Source: an uncultured Candidatus Saccharibacteria bacterium (GTDB taxonomy: Bacteria; Patescibacteriota; Minisyncoccia; Phycocordibacterales; CAIZLB01). Taken from it: a DNA stretch of 63,650 bases. The stretch covers positions 104,114 through 167,763 of the forward strand of contig CAZVIP010000001.1 in assembly GCA_964627085.1 (NCBI GenBank), written 5' to 3'. The first letter of the stretch is position 1, and each line of letters opens with the position of its first letter. A program made the translations under genes and the position numbers. The notes under the pieces are model-generated. The model saw only the letters and a list, made by a program, of their open reading frames with translations. It did not search any database and was not told where the DNA came from. This document shows, piece after piece, positions 19,464 to 28,148 of this stretch.

Positions 19464-20366
19464 ATGTCGCACAGAACCAAAAAATACACCTCTGTAATAC
19501 TTATGCTGTTTTTTGGTTTTTTGATTTTGTCTTCACCTAGACTCGGAGTGGCACAGAGTGTTTCTGGTGCCGTGTACTCACTTGAGGGTGGTATTGTGTA
19601 TCAGGCAGGGGATCTGTCTGGTTCTACATACTCACTTTCAGGATCAGGTGATGCTGTTGTGGGTTCTACTGTTGGCGGAACTTTCTCTCAAAATCAAGGA
19701 GAGTTTGGAGGAGGTGCGTCTGCGCCAGGTGGGGTAATTCCTGTGTCATCGACGGGTAATTCTAGTGGTGTAGGGTATTCGATCTCGGCAGGTGGTGGCA
19801 ACTTGGTTATTGACGCATACTCTTACTATAAAAAGGATTTAACTTTGATTATTACATTCAGTAATCCAAGAGACGCGGGATCAATTGTGTTGGTAGGTCA
19901 GGCAGATTTGAGTCCGTTTAATCTCACTGCAATTAACCAAAATACTTTTCTTGTGAGATTTAATAATGTGGCACAAGGTGTATATACCCTTGGACTTGGG
20001 AAGCCAGCTCATACTGTTGGTGCACCCCTCGCACTATATTCAATTTCTGTAAATCAAGAAGGTAATGGGGTTGTTGGTGGTCCTGACTCTGTTATAGATA
20101 CAGGTGGCCAAGTACGGGTCAGTGAAAACCCTGTCCAAAACACCGGGACTACGAGTGGTGTTCAAAATAACACCAGTGTTAAACCATCGGAGACTCGCGC
20201 AGTTGACATTAATCCCGTTGCAACAACTGCAACTACAATCAAATCAGGTACTGTCTGCCATTTATTTGGAATCAAATGTGCTTACTTGCCACCGATTTAT
20301 ATACTTATAGTCTGTATAATTGGTTATCTGATGCATAAATTTGTTATATCTCGAGAGAAAGCATAA
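19464..20366 (+). CDS. secreted, C-terminally anchored surface protein
   Basis: Signal peptide (VILMLFFGFLILSSPRLGVAQS), a Gly/Ser-rich region and a C-terminal TM (PPIYILIVCIIGYLM). Confidence 0.5.
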   Translation: MSHRTKKYTSVILMLFFGFLILSSPRLGVAQSVSGAVYSLEGGIVYQAGDLSGSTYSLSGSGDAVVGSTVGGTFSQNQGEFGGGASAPGGVIPVSSTGNSSGVGYSISAGGGNLVIDAYSYYKKDLTLIITFSNPRDAGSIVLVGQADLSPFNLTAINQNTFLVRFNNVAQGVYTLGLGKPAHTVGAPLALYSISVNQEGNGVVGGPDSVIDTGGQVRVSENPVQNTGTTSGVQNNTSVKPSETRAVDINPVATTATTIKSGTVCHLFGIKCAYLPPIYILIVCIIGYLMHKFVISREKA

Positions 20367-20494
20367 AACACACAAACACTGGTCACTTTCCACACACCCT
20401 CCAGTACCGGATTACTCACTTTTAGTGTAAAATACATTAAGTACCCGTATGAGTTTCTCTGTAATTTCCTTGTCACTTTTACACACAGGCCCAT

Positions 20495-23400
20495 ATGTCA
20501 AAACACAATAAAAAAATCATAAAAATAGTCTCTTTTTTCATTGTGCTTTCGTTTACATTTCTCACAACCACGGCTCAAGCAGCTGTTCCAACACAATCAA
20601 TTGCATTCCATGGTCAACTCACAGCTTCTGGATCTGTGGTTTCTGGATCAAAGTCAATCATATTCCAATTCTACGATGCTTCATCTGGCGGATCTGCCGT
20701 CGGCTCTGCTATTTCAAAAACAACAACTGTTACTAGTGGATATTTCAGTGTAGTTTTCAGTGCCTCAGATCTTTCTAGTGTCGATCTGAATCAAGCTCTC
20801 TGGATTGGTGTCACTGTCGAAGGGGATGTACTTTCTCCGCGTCTTTCGATTAATTCTGTTCCATCTTCTATAAATACTTTTGGAGTTTTTTCATACGCAT
20901 CTGCACCAGCTGTCGGTTCGGCGGGTGCGCTTTATTACAATACCGGTGATTCAAAAACCTATGTATCAAATGGTGCTGCATGGATTGAACTTGGCGGAAG
21001 TCAGTGGACAACAACTGGTTCTGATGTGTATTACAACACCGGAAATGTCGGTATTGGTACCACAACACCAGGGTCAAAACTCGTCGTCGCAGGACAAATT
21101 ACAACTGACGGCCTCGTCAGTCTTTCAACAACAGCGACTTCAACATTTGCAGGCCCTGTCACTCTCGCGAGTCATTGTATCGCAGCAGAGACAAGATTCA
21201 GAAGAAGAAAGAAGGATCAAGACGGTGAAGTCGAAGAGGTCGACCTTGAAGCCCTCGAGATCGGAGACTATGTTGAATCATTCGATGAAACAACTCAAAC
21301 AGTTGTATTCAAGAAGATCGAAAACATTTTTGTTATGGGTATCAAATCAATCATCAAGATTGATACACAAAAAGGATACAGTATTAAAACAACTGAAGAG
21401 CATCCATACTATGTGACAATAGGAGAAGGGGAAAAAGGTCAGTGGGTCAAAGTGAAGGATATATCAGTTGGTGACGGTATTGCAGTTATTGACTCTGCCA
21501 ACCGAACAGTGTTCTTTGATATTGTCACTACAATCTCAAACCTTCCCGAAGAAGAAGTGTATGACCTTGAAATCGAAGGTACACATACATTCATCGCAAA
21601 CAACATTGTTGCACACAATACATATGTACAAGGTGGTCTTGGTGTCGGAGTACTCAACACTTCAGCAGGAACTTTTGCATTGAAACAAGCAACAACCAAT
21701 GCTGTTATCTTGGGTGATGTGTCAGGAAATACGAGAGGAAGTTATGCGCTTGATTTGCAGACGAGGAGATCTGTTGTAAATCAGATAGCCTTTGGAGCGT
21801 GTTCTACTGCGGTTGGAAATGACAATTGTGCATCTGGTTGTCGTTCTGCTTCTTTGGGTTGGGGTAATGCAGCAACAGGGATTTCATCTTTGGCAGCTGG
21901 TAGTAATAACACTGCTTCTGGTATAGATTCTTCCGCTGTGGGTTCCGGCAACTCTGCTTCGGCTAATTTTTCTTCTGCATTTGGTTGTAATAACTATGCC
22001 ATTGCTAGTTGTTCTACGGCATTAGGACTTAGAAATCAGGCTTGCGGTGTTAATTCTACTGCAGTGGGTAGTGTTATTGTCGCTTCTGGTGCGTGTTCTG
22101 TGGCAGTAGGGAATGATAATTGTGCATCTGGTGGTCGTTCTTCAGTTTTTGGTTCTCAAAACACTGCCTCTGGCTACCGTTCTTCGGCTTTTGGATCAAG
22201 TATAATTAACTCGACTGCAAACTCAGTTGAAATTGGAGCCTCAAACACAGAAAAACTCCAAATCTCATCTGCTGGAGTCAACTTTGTCACCGCAGGTGCT
22301 GGTGGGTTCTGTGTAAATGGTGTTGCGATGGGTGGTGATGTAAATAATCTTTGCTCAATTCAGGTTGGTTACTCTAACACTGCTTTTGGTAATAGTTCAT
22401 CTGCTGTAGGTTTTTGTAATAATGCAGCGGCTGTCTACTCTTCCGCTCTTGGTTATTTCAACACTGCATCAGGTTATTATTCAACCTCTGTTGGTCATCT
22501 CAACACTGCGTCTGCATGTTGTTCGTCTGCTCTAGGATCCTGCAACATGGCTTCTGCTAGTGGGTCAACTGCTGTGGGCCAACGAAATACCTCTTCTGTT
22601 ATGAGTTCTTCTGCTTTTGGCTTCGGTAATACTGCATCTGGTTACTATTCTTCTGCAATTGGTTTTAGTAATTGTACTTCTTGTACGGGTTCTACTGCAG
22701 TAGGTTATTGCAATACTGTGTCCAATTATTCTTCTTCAGCTTTTGGATCAAATATAACTAACCCAACTGCGTGTTCTGTTGAAATCGGAGCCTCAAACAC
22801 AGAAAAACTCCAAATCTCATCTGCTGGAGTCAACTTTGTCACCGCAGGTGCTGGTGGGTTCTGTGTAAATGGTGTTGCAGTAGGCGGAGGGAGTGGGGAT
22901 GTAAACGCACTCTCGGTTGTTGCTGTTGGATGTGGTAACAGTTCCTCAGGTACTTACTCTTCTGCTTTTGGAATTAGTAATTCCGCTTCAGGAAACTGCT
23001 CTTCTGCTTTTGGATATGCTAATACCGCTTCAGGATACCGCTCTTCTGCGTTCGGATCAAGTATAAATAACCCAACTGCGTGTTCTGTTGAAATCGGAGC
23101 CTCAAACACAGAAAAACTCCAAATCTCATCTGCTGGAGTCAACTTTGTCACCGCAGGTGCTGGTGGGTTCTGTATAAACGGCTCATTGGTCGGTGGTTGT
23201 TCAAATCCTAACGGACTATCACTTGTTGCTGTTGGATGTGGTAATACGGCATCTGCATACTACAGGTCTTCAGCATTTGGTATATGTAACTCTGCATCGG
23301 CGTGTTTCTCAACTGCAGTTGGTTCAAATATTACCAACTCAGCATCGTATTCTGTTGAAATCGGAGCCTCAAACACAGAAAAACTCCAAATCTCATCTGC

Positions 23401-24940
23401 TGGAGTCAACTTTGTCACCGCAGGTGCTGGTGGGTTCTGTGTAAATGGTGTTGCAGTAGGCGGAGGTGACGTGAATGCACTTTCTACGATTCAGGTTGGT
23501 TGTGCAAATACTGCTTCAGGTTATAGGTCTTCTGCTTTAGGGTACATGAACTGTGTGACAGAAGGCTTTTCGACGGCCTCAGGGTATTACAATGTTGTTT
23601 CAGGTGGAAGCTCGGTTGCGGTTGGAAATTTTAACTGCTCAACCTCTCTTAGTTCGCTTTCAGTAGGTCTTTCAAATACTGCATCAGCACAGTACTCTTC
23701 TAGTGTAGGTATTCAGAATCTGGCTTCAAATCAAGGCTCAGTGGCTTTTGGGTACTGCAACACTGCTTCAGGTTATTGTTCCTCTGCTGTCGGTAATACA
23801 AATACTGTTTCTGGTGGTGGAGCAAGTGGATTCGGTTATGGTAATACTGTCCCAGGTTACCGAGCGACTGCTTCAGGTTATTCAAATACTGCATCTGGTC
23901 AATATTCTGCAGCTTTTGGTTTTTCTAATCAGGCAAATTGTGATAGTTCACTTGTCTTTGGTAAGTGCTTAATAAATGATATTGCCGCTTCGACAATGGT
24001 TGGGCAGGCAGGTGGTTGGATAAGTTTATTGGCTAACGGTGAAATAAATACTTCATCCGGTGCCAGTCTTACATCTGGAGGAACTTGGACAAATGCATCT
24101 GACAGAAATCTCAAGGAAAACTTTGTTGAATTAGACAAAGAAGACATACTTACAAAAATCAACTCACTTCCACTTACAAAATGGAATTACAAGACTGAAG
24201 ATTCTTCTATAATGCATATAGGGCCTATGGCACAAGATTTCTATGCCACATTTGGTCTTGGTGGATCTGATAAGTCTGTATCAACTATTGATCCTGCAGG
24301 TGTTGCGCTTGTTGGTGTGCAGGCGTTGTCAGGAAAAGTTGATAATCTATATGTAGAATTGGGTCTACTTGCGACAAGTACTGATTCAAATTCGAACCAA
24401 GGTGGAATTATCAGTTGGATTAAAGCGCTCGGGGCAACTGTGGTTGATGGTGTTGCACACTTTGTAAATGTTGTTGTTGGAAAGATTACAGCTTCTGATC
24501 TTACAATCAAAAATGAAACTGATGTTCACAAGACTGGTTATGTGATTTATGACCGAGCGACAGGTGCACCACTTTGTGTTTTCTTTGAAAATGGAATTCA
24601 GAAAACTGAACCAGGTGAATGTGATGACTTACCTGTACCTCCTCAGCAAAATACTGGAGGTACTCCAGCGGGTGATACTAGTAGTACCGGTGACACCTCA
24701 AATGCAAGCAGTACAGATTCTGGCGGATCAGGATCAGATACACCATCACCAGGTGGTGATATAGGAGGCGGGGTGACTGATAATCAATCTGATACAGGCT
24801 CTACTCCGGCAGGTGATTCAGCTCCAACGGGCTCATCTGGATCAGATACGCCAACTGTAAATGACCCTGATCCGACACCTGAGCCTACGCCTGCTCCAGC
24901 ACCGGAACTAGGGCCCGCCCCGGCTCCTTCTACTGAATAA
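20495..24940 (+). CDS. 1481-aa secreted adhesin / tail-fibre-like protein: signal peptide, fibre N-domain, inserted Hint (intein/BIL) domain, YadA-head-like SxAxGxxNxAxG repeats, peptidase-S74 intramolecular chaperone domain and a Pro/Thr/Ser/Gly-rich tail
   Basis: Signal peptide MSKHNKKIIKIVSFFIVLSFTFLTTTAQA, NTGNVGIGTTTPGSKLVVAG fibre motif, dozens of 14-residue SSAFG..N.ASG..S repeats, and the SDRNLKENF...HIGPMAQDF S74 signature. Confidence 0.85.
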   Translation: MSKHNKKIIKIVSFFIVLSFTFLTTTAQAAVPTQSIAFHGQLTASGSVVSGSKSIIFQFYDASSGGSAVGSAISKTTTVTSGYFSVVFSASDLSSVDLNQALWIGVTVEGDVLSPRLSINSVPSSINTFGVFSYASAPAVGSAGALYYNTGDSKTYVSNGAAWIELGGSQWTTTGSDVYYNTGNVGIGTTTPGSKLVVAGQITTDGLVSLSTTATSTFAGPVTLASHCIAAETRFRRRKKDQDGEVEEVDLEALEIGDYVESFDETTQTVVFKKIENIFVMGIKSIIKIDTQKGYSIKTTEEHPYYVTIGEGEKGQWVKVKDISVGDGIAVIDSANRTVFFDIVTTISNLPEEEVYDLEIEGTHTFIANNIVAHNTYVQGGLGVGVLNTSAGTFALKQATTNAVILGDVSGNTRGSYALDLQTRRSVVNQIAFGACSTAVGNDNCASGCRSASLGWGNAATGISSLAAGSNNTASGIDSSAVGSGNSASANFSSAFGCNNYAIASCSTALGLRNQACGVNSTAVGSVIVASGACSVAVGNDNCASGGRSSVFGSQNTASGYRSSAFGSSIINSTANSVEIGASNTEKLQISSAGVNFVTAGAGGFCVNGVAMGGDVNNLCSIQVGYSNTAFGNSSSAVGFCNNAAAVYSSALGYFNTASGYYSTSVGHLNTASACCSSALGSCNMASASGSTAVGQRNTSSVMSSSAFGFGNTASGYYSSAIGFSNCTSCTGSTAVGYCNTVSNYSSSAFGSNITNPTACSVEIGASNTEKLQISSAGVNFVTAGAGGFCVNGVAVGGGSGDVNALSVVAVGCGNSSSGTYSSAFGISNSASGNCSSAFGYANTASGYRSSAFGSSINNPTACSVEIGASNTEKLQISSAGVNFVTAGAGGFCINGSLVGGCSNPNGLSLVAVGCGNTASAYYRSSAFGICNSASACFSTAVGSNITNSASYSVEIGASNTEKLQISSAGVNFVTAGAGGFCVNGVAVGGGDVNALSTIQVGCANTASGYRSSALGYMNCVTEGFSTASGYYNVVSGGSSVAVGNFNCSTSLSSLSVGLSNTASAQYSSSVGIQNLASNQGSVAFGYCNTASGYCSSAVGNTNTVSGGGASGFGYGNTVPGYRATASGYSNTASGQYSAAFGFSNQANCDSSLVFGKCLINDIAASTMVGQAGGWISLLANGEINTSSGASLTSGGTWTNASDRNLKENFVELDKEDILTKINSLPLTKWNYKTEDSSIMHIGPMAQDFYATFGLGGSDKSVSTIDPAGVALVGVQALSGKVDNLYVELGLLATSTDSNSNQGGIISWIKALGATVVDGVAHFVNVVVGKITASDLTIKNETDVHKTGYVIYDRATGAPLCVFFENGIQKTEPGECDDLPVPPQQNTGGTPAGDTSSTGDTSNASSTDSGGSGSDTPSPGGDIGGGVTDNQSDTGSTPAGDSAPTGSSGSDTPTVNDPDPTPEPTPAPAPELGPAPAPSTE
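21176..21619 (+). mobile_element. 148-aa mini-intein / bacterial intein-like (Hint) domain inside the adhesin ORF
   Basis: It starts at Cys228 (ASH|CIAAETRF, block A). Block B is KTTEEHPYY (TxxH), block F is VYDLEIEGTHTFIANN and block G is IVAHN|T, with Thr as the +1 residue. There is no endonuclease domain. Confidence 0.8.
22226..23456 (+). repeat. four near-identical in-frame direct repeats of about 100 bp within the adhesin gene
   Basis: Copies lie at about 22226-22327, 22778-22880, 23087-23181 and 23354-23456. Each reads gttgaaatYggagcctcaaacacagaaaaactccaaatctcatctgctggagtcaactttgtcaccgcaggtgctggtgggttctgt... and encodes SVEIGASNTEKLQISSAGVNFVTAGAGGFC.NG. There are only 1-3 differences between copies. 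Confidence 0.9.
24098..24350 (+). other. peptidase S74 (endosialidase-type intramolecular chaperone, self-cleaving) domain
   Basis: S1202-D-R-N-L-K-E-N-F..LTKWNYK..HIGPMAQDF..GVALVGVQAL matches the sDerlKenI...hiGfiAQe consensus as I remember it. Confidence 0.7.
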
Positions 24941-24956
24941 TATAAATTTTAAGAAT

Positions 24957-24986
24957 AAAAAAACCGAAGACATTCTTCGGTTTTTT
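24957..24986. terminator. bidirectional terminator between the adhesin gene and the convergent GT9 gene
   Basis: aaaaaaa-ccgaaga-cat-tcttcgg-tttttt. Confidence 0.65.
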
Positions 24987-25015
24987 ATTAAATCGCAAAT
25001 TATACTTTGCTCAAT

Positions 25016-25930
25016 TTAGTTGTTCAGCTTCTTAACAATGTCATTTGTATCGAAAATCACGTCATCACTAAATGGGTGTTCTGACCATATACCAGCAATA
25101 TTGTATGCATCTAGATATGCATCCGGTGAATGTCTGAATTCTATTTTCTCAGGATTCTTTTCAAATGCTTCTATGTGAGTATGTATTTCATATCCAAATA
25201 CTTTTGGGCTATTTGTCACCCAAACAACCACAGCGGGCAGTGCAAGGGCTCCGGCGACATGTGCAGCGAGTGAATCGACGAATAGTCTCTTTGTTGAAAA
25301 CTGAATTGCGCACATTGCTTCTCGGATACTAAATTCAATCCAGGTGGTGTTCGGGAGTGCGATCTGGTCTTTTCTTCGAATGTGAATAGTTCGGTAGCCA
25401 AGGTTGTTCATTTTGTCTACAACTTCTTCTGCTGTTTTCAAAGGTAAATCACGTGCCCATGATATGGGATAAGGCTGATTTGTGGCACCTCCGGAAGGCT
25501 GGATAAAAAATAACGGCTTTTTCTTTTCGATCTCAGTTTGAGCGGTGTCTGAGATTTTTTTGAGGACAGAAATATTTTCTTCACCTGTAAAATATAGTTT
25601 TGGTTGTTTTGTGGTGCAGGGCACTCCACATAATTTACACCAGGTCTCGATGACATGTTCACGTCGATAGAGGAAATCTTCGTCGTTGTATGGATCAAAG
25701 AAAAAGAGTGTCACGTCTCTTTTATACATATAATTTTCAAAGAAACCAGCATCTTTTGAGATATCAACTATTTTCGAGATATTTGGATTATTGACCCAGA
25801 TATCTATCCAAGGAGTAGTGATGACAATATCAGATTTTGGGTATTTGGCCTTGATTGATTCAATGACAGCAGTCGCTGCAATGTTTTTTCCCGCCCCTCC
25901 AGATATATTAAAAATAATTGTATGTGTCAT
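25016..25930 (-). CDS. glycosyltransferase family 9 (heptosyltransferase-like)
   Basis: N-terminus IIFNISGGAGKNIAATAVIESIKAKYP and C-terminus LFVDSLAAHVAGALALPAVVVWVTNSP match the GT9 patterns (iDSgp.HlAaA.g.P.V.lfG.t.p). Confidence 0.6.
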   Translation of the reverse strand: MTHTIIFNISGGAGKNIAATAVIESIKAKYPKSDIVITTPWIDIWVNNPNISKIVDISKDAGFFENYMYKRDVTLFFFDPYNDEDFLYRREHVIETWCKLCGVPCTTKQPKLYFTGEENISVLKKISDTAQTEIEKKKPLFFIQPSGGATNQPYPISWARDLPLKTAEEVVDKMNNLGYRTIHIRRKDQIALPNTTWIEFSIREAMCAIQFSTKRLFVDSLAAHVAGALALPAVVVWVTNSPKVFGYEIHTHIEAFEKNPEKIEFRHSPDAYLDAYNIAGIWSEHPFSDDVIFDTNDIVKKLNN

Positions 25931-25934
25931 GGGT

Positions 25935-26852
25935 TTATTTTTTATTACTGTGTGTTGATATTGAGATTAATTCATTACAGATTGCTTTTGCATTGTAGAG
26001 TGAATGCAGGTCAAAAGGGCAGTTGGGTATATTGCTGAAAGAAAAATCTTTGCGATTTGACTCTAGGAATTTTATTTTATCTGAGTCACCTTGAGGGGTG
26101 ATGTTTTTTTGTGATGAATATCCCCAAACGACTGGAGATTCATTGACCCAAAGTGTGACCGACTTTTTACCATGCGCAGCAGCAGCATGTGCAGAATATG
26201 AATTGATAGCAAGCAGGGTGTCACAGTACTGAATGGCGCAGAGTTTAAGGCGAAGGTTGAGATTGAGTTTACTGAGGCCTGGTATATTTGCGGTTTCAGA
26301 TATGTCTACGACAGCGAAGCTTTTTTGTGCCAGGGTTTCTACTATATTTTTGAGTAGGATTGGTGGAACTTTCTCGGCCCAGGTTGCCTGATTTTGTCCA
26401 AACTGTGCATGTCCAAATCCGTGTGCGATAGATTCTGATTCGATAAAGAATAAAGGCTTATCACTTTTTGTTAGTTTTTGGACTGCTTCTTTTTCTCGCC
26501 AAGTGAAGAAAAGTCGAGGTGTATTTGTTTTGACAGGTATCTTGTATATGTCACACCAGATCTCCTCGAGTGGTTTTTCGTTTTTGACATACTCTGTGGT
26601 CAGGGTTGGATTATGTCTGCAGATAATTGTATCGAGGCTTTTAATATAATCTTCATAAAAATATTCAAAAGCACCGATTTTGTATACTCTATATACATCA
26701 GGGTTGTGAAGCCATATTTCAGGAAAAAGAGTCACAACAACGATATTTCTATCTGGATAGGCGGATTTGAGGGAGTGGACGACTTTTGTTGCGACGAGAT
26801 TTGTCGGTATATCGAGGAGGCATTCAAATAAGAGGTATTTCTTGTTTTTCAT
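25935..26852 (-). CDS. glycosyltransferase family 9 (heptosyltransferase-like), paralog of the downstream gene
   Basis: Same length and architecture as its neighbour. C-terminus LLAINSYSAHAAAAHGKKSVTLWVNESP. There is a 4-nt gap to the next gene, so the two are probably an operon. Confidence 0.55.
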   Translation of the reverse strand: MKNKKYLLFECLLDIPTNLVATKVVHSLKSAYPDRNIVVVTLFPEIWLHNPDVYRVYKIGAFEYFYEDYIKSLDTIICRHNPTLTTEYVKNEKPLEEIWCDIYKIPVKTNTPRLFFTWREKEAVQKLTKSDKPLFFIESESIAHGFGHAQFGQNQATWAEKVPPILLKNIVETLAQKSFAVVDISETANIPGLSKLNLNLRLKLCAIQYCDTLLAINSYSAHAAAAHGKKSVTLWVNESPVVWGYSSQKNITPQGDSDKIKFLESNRKDFSFSNIPNCPFDLHSLYNAKAICNELISISTHSNKK

Positions 26853-26969
26853 AGGGGTATGAGGTGATTATACTACAGCGTGATGGTTGTGAGGAGCCTA
26901 GATATATTGCAAAAAGGGGCTAAGTATAATGTTTTTATGTAGGTTGCCGTGGTATTATTAGGTGCAAAT

Positions 26970-27371
26970 ATGAAAAACATTTCAAAAACAATCTCTGAAT
27001 ATAATAGTGTGCAAAAGGGTAATGTGCGGGAGGTTTGTGATTTTTTGGAAGGGCAGATAAATAAAAGTTTGAAAAAAAGCGAGTCAAAAATTTGGCACGG
27101 GACACCAGTTTGGTTTATTGATGGAAATCCAATTGTCTCTTATTCCGTTCGAAAAGACAGTAGAGTGTCACTTATGTTTTTTAGTGGGCAGAGTTTTGAA
27201 GAAGATGGTTTGGTGGGGCAGGGTAAGTTTAAGGCGGCAGAGATTTTTTATACTGAAGCAAAAGAGATTAAGGTGACACATCTTAAAAGATGGCTCAAGA
27301 AAGGGGTTGAGATACAGTGGGATTATAAAAATATCGTGAAGATGAAAGGGGTGTTGAGGAGGCTTAAATAG
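26970..27371 (+). CDS. DUF1801 (YdhG-like) domain protein
   Basis: KIWHGTPVWFIDGNPIVSYSVRKDSRVSLMFFSG pattern. Size is about 133 aa. Confidence 0.5.
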   Translation: MKNISKTISEYNSVQKGNVREVCDFLEGQINKSLKKSESKIWHGTPVWFIDGNPIVSYSVRKDSRVSLMFFSGQSFEEDGLVGQGKFKAAEIFYTEAKEIKVTHLKRWLKKGVEIQWDYKNIVKMKGVLRRLK

Positions 27372-27464
27372 GATAAGGAATGTGATTTGTTGGGGCACAA
27401 GACCGTCAATGGCTCATGTGGTTAAAACAATACAACAAATTTGGTTTTGATTTTTCAAAAATCA

Positions 27465-28148
27465 CTACTCAGACTTTTGGTATTTATAAACAATATCAAA
27501 AATACTATCATCAATAAGTTTTGCATAACCTGCTTTATTTGGATGAATTCTGTCAGATAGCATTAAATCTGGATTCAAAAATACACTGACTGTTAGAAAG
27601 GGTACTAGAGGTATGTCGTATTTTTTTGCTAAATCCTTATAGACGGCATCAAATTCTCTTTTGTAGGCTAGACCAGCGTTTAGTGGTGACTGCATTTGAA
27701 GTAGCAATATTTTAGGTTTACTTTCTGCGCTTTGTAGTATATTGATTGTACTTTCTATATTCATCTTCATTTCTTTGACAGGGAGCGCTCGCAAGGCATC
27801 ATTGCCCCCTATGCCCAAGATAACCATGTCAGGATTTTGATCCTTGATGAAACTTGCACGTTCATTGTTGCCTTTGGTGGTCTCACCGCTGATGCCAGCA
27901 TTAATCACTTTGATGTTTAGTCCTTTTGCTTTTAGTTTTTCCTCTAGCTGATATGGGTAACTTTCATGTAGGGGTAGTCCATATCCAGCGGTAAGACTGT
28001 CTCCAAAAGCAATAATTGTATATGTAGATACTTTGTTGGCTGTCTGAGTAATGTCTCCTTTGTTGTTTGTTGGGAAGAAGAAAAACCACGCCACACCTGA
28101 CAGCGCAATTAAACCAATAATGAATAAATATAATTTAATGTTCCTCAT
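27465..28148 (-). CDS. SGNH/GDSL hydrolase, TesA-like (thioesterase I / lysophospholipase L1 family)
   Basis: Block I IIAFGDSLTAGYG, block II GISGETT, block III ILGIGGNDAL and block V DRIHPN. It has an N-terminal signal/anchor. The start ATG at 28148 overlaps the stop of the permease gene by 14 nt (ATGAGGAACATTAA). Confidence 0.75.
   Translation of the reverse strand: MRNIKLYLFIIGLIALSGVAWFFFFPTNNKGDITQTANKVSTYTIIAFGDSLTAGYGLPLHESYPYQLEEKLKAKGLNIKVINAGISGETTKGNNERASFIKDQNPDMVILGIGGNDALRALPVKEMKMNIESTINILQSAESKPKILLLQMQSPLNAGLAYKREFDAVYKDLAKKYDIPLVPFLTVSVFLNPDLMLSDRIHPNKAGYAKLIDDSIFDIVYKYQKSE

Noticed and set aside
21700-24000. Regularly spaced repeats that could be mistaken for a CRISPR array.
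   Set aside because: They are in-frame coding repeats (SxAxGxxNxAxG units and four 100-bp modules) within one long ORF. There is no constant-repeat/unique-spacer organisation and no cas genes.
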